From NCBI GenBank assembly GCA_964518565.1, contig CAZFGX010000001.1, positions 669,404-733,403 on the forward strand: a stretch of 64,000 nucleotides of DNA, in the 5' to 3' direction. Source of the DNA: an uncultured Gammaproteobacteria bacterium. Lineage in GTDB: Bacteria; Patescibacteriota; Microgenomatia; CAZETR01; Amesbacteraceae. Made by a program: the position numbers and the translations under genes. Numbering within the stretch: the first letter of the stretch is position 1; each line of letters starts with the position of its first letter. This document shows, piece after piece, positions 22,001 to 29,262 of this stretch. The notes below the pieces were generated by a model. It had not been told where the DNA came from. It did no database searches and worked only from the letters and a program-made list of their open reading frames with translations.

Positions 22001-25000
22001 CCGACGCCCAACTAGCTTTCAACACAGGTCAACACTTAACCACTACATCCACACCTACTTTTGGTTCACTCACCCTCAATGGATCCCTCACTTTGGCCAA
22101 CAGCGAAACGATTGCAAACGGCACAGACGGCCAAATCCTCTTCTCTCGCAACGACGCCGGCACAGTCACGATCAATGCTGCCGATAACGATGCCAATGCA
22201 GACCTCGTAATCAGAGCTGGTGGCACAGGTGCATTAACCTTTGGCAATGCAAGCAACACGTCCATCACCCTTACCACTGATAGTACTGGTGACGCGGAAG
22301 TCGTCCTACCAGCAAGCTCAGTTGGCAATTCTGAACTAGTAAATTCCTCAATTACCATCAATTCATCAGGCATCCTAACTGGTGGCGCTTCAGTATCTCT
22401 TGGTGGAAATATTACCCTAACCGCCACTGAAGCAGACACTCTAAACTCAGTCGCTGGTCGTGGCGCATCTACTGCCACTGCCCTGACACTTTCTTCCACT
22501 TCAAATGCCATTACTGCCGGTACGATCACAGTTAACGCCGATGCTATTACAGACTTCACCGGCACTGGTATCACGATTTCCGGTGGTGCACTCCAAACCA
22601 CTCTCGGTACTGCGATCGATTCTTCAGAAATTACTGACAATACTATCACTGCCTCAGATCTCAATGCCACATTGACCTTTGCAGACAGTGATCTAATCGA
22701 CCTCTCTGCCATAAACAACTCCTCAACAACTGAAGGCTTACTTCTTCCTCAAGCCACCGCTTGTACTTCAGCTACTGCCAACGGCCAAATCTGCTGGGAC
22801 AACGATTCCTTCACACTCAGTATCGGCAATGGCACAACTACCACATCCATAGGCAACCCCTTCGGTGCCAGTATCGATTCTTCAGAAATCACCAATGACA
22901 CCATCGTTAATGCCGACATCAACTCCGCTGCCGCCATCGACTTTTCCAAGCTGGCCGCTCTTTCCTCTGGAAACATCTTGGTCGGTTCTGTAGGCAACGT
23001 TGCCACATCAGTTACCATGTCTGGCGACATCACTATCGACAACACTGGCGCCACTACTATCGGAGCAGATAAAGTCGCCTTAACTACCGACACCACTGGT
23101 AACTATGTCACTTCCGTCACCAACGGCACAGGTATTACAGGTGGCAATGGTGGATCTGAAGGTGCAGCCTTAACCTTGGCTGTAGATCAAACCACCGCTT
23201 TCACTTGGACTGGTCTCCAAACCCACACCAACACCATCACCGACGATGGTAGTCAATCTATATTCAACCTCACTCTAGGCAACGATGCTAACACCGACAC
23301 TATTTCTGCCATCAAAGTCGCAGCCACTTCTGCGACCACTGGCGATGCCGACACAGTCTACGGTCTAGATATCGCCAACTTATCTTCAGCTGATGGCACT
23401 GTTGCAGAAAATGCAATTCACATCGGCACAGGCTGGGACAACGTCTTCGACCTCAACGGTACTCTTATTTCCAGCTCAGAACTTACTTTATTAGATGGAG
23501 TTTCTGGCACTCTCGTCACCACCACCACCAACCCCACTTCAGCCGACATATCTGGTTCATTCTCAGCTGGATTCACAGTCGCAGCTAATGCAGTAGCCTT
23601 AGCTACCGACACTACTGGCAATTATGTCGCAACCGTCGCCGGTGATTCCCAAATCTCAGTTTCAGGCTCTGGTTCAGAAAACGCTGGAGTTTCACTCTCA
23701 ATTGCCGCCGACAGTATTGGCGATTCCCAACTCGCTTTCAATACCGGTCAAAATCTAACCACTACTTCTACTCCCACCTTTGGCTCACTCACTCTCAATG
23801 GCTCTCTCACCCTCGCCAACTCAGAAACTATTGCCAATGGTACAGATGGTCAAATTCTTTTCTCTCGCAACGATGCTGGCACTGTCACCATAAACGCCGC
23901 AGACGATAATGCCAACGCAGATCTGGTTGTCAGAGCCGGCGGCACTGGCGCTCTTACACTCGGAAACTCTAGCAATACTGCCATTACACTAACCACTGAC
24001 AGTACTGGTGATGGCGAAATCGTTCTACCTGCCAACTCTATCGGCAACTCAGAACTCGTAAACTCTGCCATCACCATCAATTCCGCTGGCATTCTCTCCG
24101 GAGGCGCTTCCGTTTCACTAGGCGGCAATGTCACTCTAACCGCCACTGAAGCAGACACGCTCAACACAGTTGCAGGTCGCGGCGCCTCCACTGCTACTGC
24201 CTTGACACTCTCCTCCACATCAAACGCCATTACCGCCGGAACCATCACCGTCAATTCAGACGGAATCACCGACTTTACTGGTACTGGCTTACAAATGAAC
24301 AGTGGATCCTTAGAAGCCACCCTGGGTACCAGTATCGTTTCCGGCGAAATCACCGACGACACTATTACTGCCTCAGACCTAAACGCTACTCTCACATTTG
24401 CTGACAGTGACATGATTGACCTCTCCAGTATCAACGGTTCATCTACTACTGAAGGGCTTAAACTCCCACAAAATACCTCCTGTGCTTCATCTACTGCCAA
24501 TGGCCAGATTTGTTGGGACAACGACGGTTTTGTTCTCTACATCGGTAACGGCACTACGACCACGGCCATTACTGGTGGTGGCGGAAATTCATTTGAAACT
24601 ATCACTACCACTTCTGGCTCTTCCCCAGTCGCCGATTCTTCCACCGACACACTCACACTTACCGCCGGAACCGGTATGACCGTTACCGGTGATTCCTCTA
24701 CTGACACCATTACTCTCGCCACTACTCTCGGCACTGCTATCGATAGTTCAGAAATCACTAACGATTCGATCGTTAATGCTGATATTAATTCGGCTGCCGC
24801 CATCGACTTCTCCAAGCTCGCTACCTTGTCTTCAGGCAACATTCTCGTTGGATCAGTCGGCAATGTCGCCACATCAGTCGCGATGTCTGGCGACGTCACT
24901 ATCGACAACACAGGTGCCACCACCATCGGTGCAGACAAAGTTGCCTTAACGACAGACACCACTGGCAACTATGTCCAAAGTATCACCAACGGTACAGGTA

Positions 25001-28000
25001 TCTCCGGCGGCAATGGTGGTGGCGAAGGCTCAGCTCTTACTCTTGCAGTGGATCAAACCACGGCCTTCACTTGGACAGGTCTACAAACTCATACCAACAC
25101 TATTACCGATGATGGGGCCCAATCTACCTACAACCTCACCCTCGGCAATGATGCCAATACAGATACGGTTTCAGGTGTAGCTATCAATGTCACCTCCACA
25201 GCTACTGGTGACGCCGACACACTCTACGGTCTAAACATTGCCAATATCACTGCCCAAGCCGTGGTCACTGAAACCGCTATCAACATCGGCACAGGTTGGG
25301 AACAGGCTATCAACGCCGGCGGTACGTTGATCTCCCTCTCAGAACTCCAATTAATCGATGGTGGTATAGCTCTATCTGAACTCACTGATTCTGGTACTCT
25401 GACAGCTGGCACAGTCGACATCAACGGTGGCGCAATTGACGGCGTAACTATTGGTGGCTCTTCAGCAGGTGCCGGCACATTCACCACCCTAACAGCTACC
25501 GGCGATGTCACCATGAACGATGCTGGCGCAGACAATATCTTAATCGGTGCCGCCGCAGACACACTGACTCTGACATCAAATTCCCTCTCGCTCACCGATG
25601 ACAACTGGAGTATTTCCACCTCCGGCGCTCTTACCACTTCCGGAGCCATCAATGCCAACGGCGGCATCACCACATCCACTTCAAACACAGCTCTCGCTTT
25701 CACTGTAAACGGATCTGGAGACTTCACCTTTACTGCCGACAGTGACAGCCAAGTCCAAATCAGTCTCGACGACAGCAGTACCAACACCGGTCTCGAACTT
25801 CTGCGCCTGACCCGCACTACTTCCAGTACAGCAGCTGACAGTATCGGTGGCTACATAAGCTTCTATATCGAAAACGATACTAGTACTGCCGAAGCTGCCC
25901 GCATCTTAGCCAACCTCCGCGATGCCAATGTCGCCACAACAGTAGGTACAGATATAACCATGTACGTAGCACGCGACGGATCCACCGGTGAATTGATCGA
26001 CGGTATGACAGTCTATGTGGACGCTGCCAACAAATGGGTCTGTGGTAACGCCAACAAACTCGGCAACGATGGCTACGACTGTTTCGGTTTCCAAATCGGT
26101 ACATCCAACATCATCAACTTTAGCTTTGATGGGAGTAATAGATTCAATGTGGATTACAGTTCAGGTAGTACTCAGCTAGCTCTTTATTCTGTAAACAGTG
26201 GCGACGATCTCTTGGTTAAAACTCTCGGCGACCAGGCCATCAGCTTTGACCAAAACAACGACGGCAACAACATGGTTATTGATACTGATGGCCAAGTAGG
26301 TATCGGTACTGATACTCCAGCCAATGCCCTAGAAGTCTTGTCTACCACCACTCCCCAATTTAGAGTTTCCTACGACACCAGCAACTACACCACTTTCGCC
26401 GTTTCCTCCACCGGCGTACTCACCATCGACTACACTGGTACAGCTGGCGGAATTACTCTAGCCGATTTCACCGGCGGTGGCTCTGGCTGTTCAGCCCTGG
26501 AGACCAACAGTTCAGGCGTCCTTGCCTGTGGCACAGACGATACTGGTGGATCCTCCACTATGCAAGGTGTATATGACAACGATGTCAACGGCAGCGATGT
26601 TACTATTGCCATGAATACTACAGACGGCTCAATCATTTTCACAGAAGCTGCTGGTACTAATCACCAAATCACAACCACTGCCGCCCCAACGCTTGACCAG
26701 CTGGCTCTTACAAATACTGGATTTGGCACCACCACTGATGGTGTAGATGGTCTATCAATTGTCTTCGAACAAGCCGACGATGCCGACGCCACAGATACAA
26801 ACGCCGGCCTAAATGTTTCCGTCTCTGGAGCCTCTGGAGACCTAGGAGATATCCTTTCAGGAATCAGTATTAACACAACTGCTCAAACAGCCAACAATCG
26901 CGAAATTGGTCTCACTATCGGTACAGGATTCGATGAAGACATTCGCTTTGCTTCCGCTTCTGCAATAATTCGTATGCAAGACGGTGGCACACTCAGCTTT
27001 ATGGATGGCTCATATGGCCAAGGTGCTACAAAGGATCAACCAAATGCCCGCGTAATTGAGTACTTTAGCACCGCAAACTATGGCGTCTTTGAAGCTGGTG
27101 GGTTTGTAAATATTGATGGTAGCTACTATCAAGATAACTTTAGTATCCCCATGACAGCAGTAACAGCGGATGTGACTAGTCGCACAAACCGATTTGGTGA
27201 CCATGGAAACTGGTCGTTTGACGAAGCCGGTACCGGCGGTGGCTCAACCGCGACCAACTCAACAAAGTATGGATGTACTCTATCTCAAGGTGGTTCTGGT
27301 GCAGGAGCTGGTACAAACACATCCTTTGGTCGTTTAGAGTTCTCTCCAGATTTGGGAACACACACACATACTGCCGCAGATTCTGCCTGTGTCGCCCATC
27401 TTGGTATAGGCACCGGCACAAACACTGCTGGTGTATTAAACGCTGCCTACAAATATGTTCAATATTTCAAAGTTGGTTTTTCATCAGGTTTCACCAACAA
27501 CAATTCAGCCAATCAAGCGTTTGTAGGTGCACACAATTACACAGAAGCCTGGGGACAGAATTGGAGCTCAATTGCAGCAACTCATGGCTTTATTGGGTTT
27601 GCGAATCTTATCTCCACAACCACAGCCACAGATGCACAAGGCGGCACCCAATGGAACGGATTTGCTCGCGTAGGCAACGCTATTAGCTCGGTCGCCTGTG
27701 GAACAACCGGAAATATTAGTACAGCTTCAAATGCCTGGGCACTTATGCGTATCGAAGCACGTGCCACAAATGACGTGCACTTCTTTATTGATAGTGACGT
27801 AAGCAATGGTATAGCACTAACAGAGTGTGGCGCTGGTGTTTCTTCAAACATCTCCACTCGCAACTTAAACCCAGCCATGAATGTTGTCCATCAACAAAAC
27901 CTTTCCTCTGCCGGTAATTCTTGGACCATGTATGTAGACTTATATGCCCACGTTCAAGACGATCCAAAACCAGAAAATGGTCCAATAGCCTTCAGTGACA

Positions 28001-29262
28001 CAGTAGACACCAACTCACCACTGGATCCCATTTCTGGCGCGGACGTAGCCGAATACTACCAAATGCCAAACGGCTATGATTCTATAAACATTGGTGACAT
28101 CGTCTCCTTGGGCTCTGAGCCAGGCAAGGCTGAAGTTGCAACAAAACCTCAAGACCGAAAAATGCTAGGTGTAGTTTCCGAAAAGCCTGGACTCACACTC
28201 GGCCAATCTGAAGGCCAAAACATGATGCCTATTGCTCTCACCGGCCGCGTACCGGTTCGTATTAGCTCTAAAAATGGCACCATTAAAATCGGCGACGCAA
28301 TCACCTCTTCAGATATACCAGGTGTAGGTATCAAGGCTACCCAACCAGGAAAAATTCTCGGAACTGCCATGGAAAACTTCGACTCAAATGACGAAGGCCG
28401 CATCATGGTAAACATCAATGTCGGATATTACCTAGGTGAAGAATCTGAACAACCCCTACTCGTCCAAAAAAATGAAATAAACATCACACCTTCTATTGAA
28501 TCTGACACATCAATGGCCACAGATAGCGCTGGATTAACAGCTGGGTCAGTCGGAGAATTTATCATTAACAAACCCTCAGTGTTCCAACAACTCTCTCAAT
28601 TCATGAATGACATAATAGTGAACGGCAAAGCGACGTTTAACAATTCAGTAGCCTTCTTGGGCAACACACTATTTAAAGGTAAAGCAACCTTTGAAAAAAC
28701 TGTAGAGTTTAATGAAGACGCCGCTGGTTATGCTGTAATCAAAGCCGGCCATCGTGCAGTGAATATTACCTATGCTACTGAGTATTCAAATAATCCATTA
28801 GTAAACACCTCTCTCGTCGTCACCAAAATTACTCCAGAAATCTACACTGATCGTGTATCTCGCGGCATCTGTAATGAGACGGCCGGCATGCAAGCCTGCC
28901 AAGACAATATGGTAAATGAGGTACTTGGAAACGATGTAAAATTTGCCATCGTCGACAGCAGTACCCAAGGATTCATGATTCTTCTCAACAAGCCAACTCA
29001 AGTAGACATGACCTTCTCATGGACAGCTACTGCAGTAACAAAAACAAAGGTAAGCACAAGTACAACCGATCCAGCTCTAGAATCAGCATTTAAAAATATC
29101 AGCGAGTCATCGTCTGACTCAGCTAGTTTAATCCAGGAGATAAACGAACAAATAGCTACAACATCAGCAATTCTAGGAAGTCAAATCAGTATAAATGACC
29201 AATTGTTAAACGAAAATTCAGCTACTTCTTCAGCCTCACCCTCAGCATCGACATCCCCATAG
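13063..29262 (+). CDS. giant (5399 aa) secreted/surface-anchored repeat protein, fibre/adhesin-like
   Basis: Single uninterrupted ORF with an N-terminal signal anchor. Thr/Ser/Gly/Asn-rich beta-type repeats and a non-repetitive C-terminal 1300 aa containing VGIGTDTPANALEV and a beta-rich terminal domain. All minus-strand ORFs in this interval are shadows. Confidence 0.85.
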   Translation: MNKRGISPIIILLVIGLATTVTFGTATLVRHYSNPFAKANLQLNLKNSPDVIDASKLAGAVLQSPVVGITQLESGKYTAFQIQDADIQNIDNTPTLSLSARLLSLSNDPISLSGPNKIDYIELKNHKTSNAKVVIPGIVQVKTKSGDIINVLLSQAKIRNGQIIDAFYGQVVDSAHLIAGVGEISGNLTYPAVEIGGQPANSGISSLVRQAMRVVPSLSLDSRPISISQTQGTVVLGATTDMLQSLNLDFSAPYDAVFDEKSGTWTLPGQSGVSISTIATDRQVAKAIEDKISSGDLVLPTATNGITEIKSANDKLTVTTNESLVTLRLSLVNSIDSDSIIDGSITNSDIYSGANIGDSKLDQIKSANKVAGSAIQLSTTGGLENNSGLSLLTSCSINQVLKWDGSDWICATQSGGGGSSIDIQENDSTITSAAAFLDFLGSDFTVTNSPSGEANVAIDYTNSAITRSNQNETISGTWTFSSTPTITNLPNSALANSGITVTAGTGLSGGGAVSLGGSVTLSSTLGTAIDSSEITNDTIVNADINSAAAIDFTKLASLTAGYILLGNSSNVVTATALSGDITIDSSGVTTIGADKVALGTDTTGNYVAGATTNGGLALTGTEAGTLGLITSCSDNQVLKYTAAGGWACANDTTGGGSGNSFETISTASGTSPVADSSTDTLSLTAGSGITIVGDASNDSIAIAATLGNTIDSSEITNDTIVNADINSAAAIDFSKLGALTAGNILLGNSSNVATSTAMSGDITIDSSGVTTIGADKVALATDTTGNYVATVTGNSQISVSGSGSENAGVSLSIAADSIGDSQLAFNTGQNLTTSSTPTFSALTLNGNLTLANAETLSNGTDGQITFGRNDAGTVTLTAADNDSTAALTILPGGAAGLTLGGSSTTAITITTDGTGDSEVVLPANSVGNSELVNSSITINSAGILSGGASVSLGGNITLTATEADTLNTVAGRGASTATALTLSSTSNAITAGTLTINGDTFTDLTGTGLTISGGALQTTLGTAIDSSEITDDTITASDLAATLTFADGDLLDLSNINNSSTSEGLKLPQATACTSATANGQICWDNDTFVLYVGNGTTASSISNPFGVSIDSSEITNDSIVNADINSSAAIDFSKLATLTAGNVLLGNSSNVATSTALSGDVTVDSSGVTTIGADKVALATDTTGNYVATVTGNSQISVSGSGSENAGVSLSIAADSIGDSQLAFNTGQNLTTASSPSFASQTLSNTTNQLVLGTTNTTTISSTAPSTSRTYTIPDFGSNDSFVGLAATQTLTNKTISGSSNTLSNIGNSSLTNSSITINTSGILTGGASVSLGGNITLTATEADTLATVTGRGASTSTTLSLAAFTASDTFTQTYTPAGTVASPRGVILTPTFGIDATDQTLAALYINPNTNSNSDSGDSLNGINIAAITASSANETAILIGSAGGGSTGWNNILAVNSSVIINGSGVLQSAALSGTYSNALTLSSTSNAITAGTVTVNSDAITDFTGTGLQMNSGSLETTLGTDITNSEINASAAIDFSKLATLTAGNVLLGNASNIATSTTLSGDITVDNSGVTTIGADKVALGTDTTGNYVSSATTNKGLTLSGTEGGSLGLQNCADNEILKYSTGTSTWSCASDATGGTINSFETITTTSGTSPVADSSTDTLTLTAGTGITVTGDSSTDTITLAATLGTAIDSSEITNDTIVNADINSAAAIDFSKLAALTAGNILLGNGSNVATSTTLSGDITIDSSGVTTIGANTVALATDTTGNYVATITGNSQISVSGSGSENAGVSLSIAADSIGDSQLAFDTGQNLTSTSTPTFGALTLNGSLTLANSETIANSTNSQFTFGRNDAGTVTLTAADNDATAALSILPGGAAALTLGGSSTTAVTLTTDNTGDAEVVLPANSIGNSELVNSSITINSAGILTGGASVSLGGNITLTATEADTLDAVAGRGASTSTALTLSSTSNAITAGTLTISGDAFTDLTGTGLTISGGALQTTLGTAIDSSEITDNTITASDLNATLTFADSDLLDLSSINNSSASEGLLLPQATACTSATANGQICWDNDTFVLYVGNGTTATSISNPFGASIDSSEITNDTIVNADINSAAAIDFSKLATLTAGNVLLGNASNIATSTTLSGDVTVDSSGVTTIGADKVALTTDTTGNYVASVTNGNGITGGNGGSEGAALTLAVDQTYAFTWTGLQTHTNTITDDGSQSIFNLTLGNDANTDTVSAIKVAATSAATGDADTIYGLDIANLASANATVAEQAIHIGSGWDNIFDINGTLISATEIGLLDGLSGTILTSGNYSSTLDSVYVNVGESPAAGDITGSFSGGLTIGSDSVALATDTTGNYVATVTGNSQISVSGSGSENAGVSLSVAADSIGDSQLAFDTGQNLTSTSTPTFGSLTLNGSLTLANSETIANSTNSQFTFGRNDAGTVTLTAADNDATAALSILPGGAAAFTLGGASTTAITLTTDSTGDSEVVLPANSIGNSELVNSSITINSAGILTGGASVSLGGNITLTATEADTLNSVAGRGASTATALTLSSTSNAITAGTLTINSDAFTDLTGTGLTISGGALQTTLGTAIDSSEITDDTITASDLNATLTFADGDLIDLSSINNSSTTEGLKLPQATACTSATANGQICWDNDTFVLYVGNGTTATSISNPFGASIDSSEITNDTIVNADINSAAAIDFSKLAALSSGNILVGSVGNVATSVAMSGDVTIDNAGATTIGADKVALTTDTTGNYVASVTNGTGITGGNGGSEGAALTLAVDQSTAFTWTGLQTHTNTITDDGSQSTFNLTLGNDANTDTISAIKVAATSAATGDIDTVYGLDIANLASANGTVLEQAIHIGTGWDNIFDLNGTLISATELGLLDGLSGTLLTSANYTSTLDSVYVNVGESPAAGDIAGSFSGGLTVGADSVALATDTTGNYVATITGDSQVSVSGSGSENAGVSISIAANSIADAQLAFNTGQHLTTTSTPTFGSLTLNGSLTLANSETIANGTDGQILFSRNDAGTVTINAADNDANADLVIRAGGTGALTFGNASNTSITLTTDSTGDAEVVLPASSVGNSELVNSSITINSSGILTGGASVSLGGNITLTATEADTLNSVAGRGASTATALTLSSTSNAITAGTITVNADAITDFTGTGITISGGALQTTLGTAIDSSEITDNTITASDLNATLTFADSDLIDLSAINNSSTTEGLLLPQATACTSATANGQICWDNDSFTLSIGNGTTTTSIGNPFGASIDSSEITNDTIVNADINSAAAIDFSKLAALSSGNILVGSVGNVATSVTMSGDITIDNTGATTIGADKVALTTDTTGNYVTSVTNGTGITGGNGGSEGAALTLAVDQTTAFTWTGLQTHTNTITDDGSQSIFNLTLGNDANTDTISAIKVAATSATTGDADTVYGLDIANLSSADGTVAENAIHIGTGWDNVFDLNGTLISSSELTLLDGVSGTLVTTTTNPTSADISGSFSAGFTVAANAVALATDTTGNYVATVAGDSQISVSGSGSENAGVSLSIAADSIGDSQLAFNTGQNLTTTSTPTFGSLTLNGSLTLANSETIANGTDGQILFSRNDAGTVTINAADDNANADLVVRAGGTGALTLGNSSNTAITLTTDSTGDGEIVLPANSIGNSELVNSAITINSAGILSGGASVSLGGNVTLTATEADTLNTVAGRGASTATALTLSSTSNAITAGTITVNSDGITDFTGTGLQMNSGSLEATLGTSIVSGEITDDTITASDLNATLTFADSDMIDLSSINGSSTTEGLKLPQNTSCASSTANGQICWDNDGFVLYIGNGTTTTAITGGGGNSFETITTTSGSSPVADSSTDTLTLTAGTGMTVTGDSSTDTITLATTLGTAIDSSEITNDSIVNADINSAAAIDFSKLATLSSGNILVGSVGNVATSVAMSGDVTIDNTGATTIGADKVALTTDTTGNYVQSITNGTGISGGNGGGEGSALTLAVDQTTAFTWTGLQTHTNTITDDGAQSTYNLTLGNDANTDTVSGVAINVTSTATGDADTLYGLNIANITAQAVVTETAINIGTGWEQAINAGGTLISLSELQLIDGGIALSELTDSGTLTAGTVDINGGAIDGVTIGGSSAGAGTFTTLTATGDVTMNDAGADNILIGAAADTLTLTSNSLSLTDDNWSISTSGALTTSGAINANGGITTSTSNTALAFTVNGSGDFTFTADSDSQVQISLDDSSTNTGLELLRLTRTTSSTAADSIGGYISFYIENDTSTAEAARILANLRDANVATTVGTDITMYVARDGSTGELIDGMTVYVDAANKWVCGNANKLGNDGYDCFGFQIGTSNIINFSFDGSNRFNVDYSSGSTQLALYSVNSGDDLLVKTLGDQAISFDQNNDGNNMVIDTDGQVGIGTDTPANALEVLSTTTPQFRVSYDTSNYTTFAVSSTGVLTIDYTGTAGGITLADFTGGGSGCSALETNSSGVLACGTDDTGGSSTMQGVYDNDVNGSDVTIAMNTTDGSIIFTEAAGTNHQITTTAAPTLDQLALTNTGFGTTTDGVDGLSIVFEQADDADATDTNAGLNVSVSGASGDLGDILSGISINTTAQTANNREIGLTIGTGFDEDIRFASASAIIRMQDGGTLSFMDGSYGQGATKDQPNARVIEYFSTANYGVFEAGGFVNIDGSYYQDNFSIPMTAVTADVTSRTNRFGDHGNWSFDEAGTGGGSTATNSTKYGCTLSQGGSGAGAGTNTSFGRLEFSPDLGTHTHTAADSACVAHLGIGTGTNTAGVLNAAYKYVQYFKVGFSSGFTNNNSANQAFVGAHNYTEAWGQNWSSIAATHGFIGFANLISTTTATDAQGGTQWNGFARVGNAISSVACGTTGNISTASNAWALMRIEARATNDVHFFIDSDVSNGIALTECGAGVSSNISTRNLNPAMNVVHQQNLSSAGNSWTMYVDLYAHVQDDPKPENGPIAFSDTVDTNSPLDPISGADVAEYYQMPNGYDSINIGDIVSLGSEPGKAEVATKPQDRKMLGVVSEKPGLTLGQSEGQNMMPIALTGRVPVRISSKNGTIKIGDAITSSDIPGVGIKATQPGKILGTAMENFDSNDEGRIMVNINVGYYLGEESEQPLLVQKNEINITPSIESDTSMATDSAGLTAGSVGEFIINKPSVFQQLSQFMNDIIVNGKATFNNSVAFLGNTLFKGKATFEKTVEFNEDAAGYAVIKAGHRAVNITYATEYSNNPLVNTSLVVTKITPEIYTDRVSRGICNETAGMQACQDNMVNEVLGNDVKFAIVDSSTQGFMILLNKPTQVDMTFSWTATAVTKTKVSTSTTDPALESAFKNISESSSDSASLIQEINEQIATTSAILGSQISINDQLLNENSATSSASPSASTSP
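14600..25200 (+). repeat. intragenic tandem repeats of about 1.2-1.8 kb (6-7 units, roughly 85-90% nt identity)
   Basis: The motif coding for IDSSEITNDTIVNADINSAAAIDF recurs near 14641, 15181, 16381, 18141, 19341, 21111, 22861 and 24731. TGTTGGGACAACGAC recurs at 16311, 19271, 21031, 22791 and 24521. Confidence 0.8.

Noticed and set aside
13155-28418. Numerous ORFs of 60-357 aa inside the giant gene interval, mostly on the minus strand with some in the wrong plus-strand frames (e.g. 20268..21341, 15648..16235, 22029..22718).
   Set aside because: They are in shadow frames of a continuous 16.2-kb plus-strand ORF. Their low-complexity Val/Ala/Pro/Ser-rich composition is what antisense translation of a Thr/Ser/Gly-rich gene gives.
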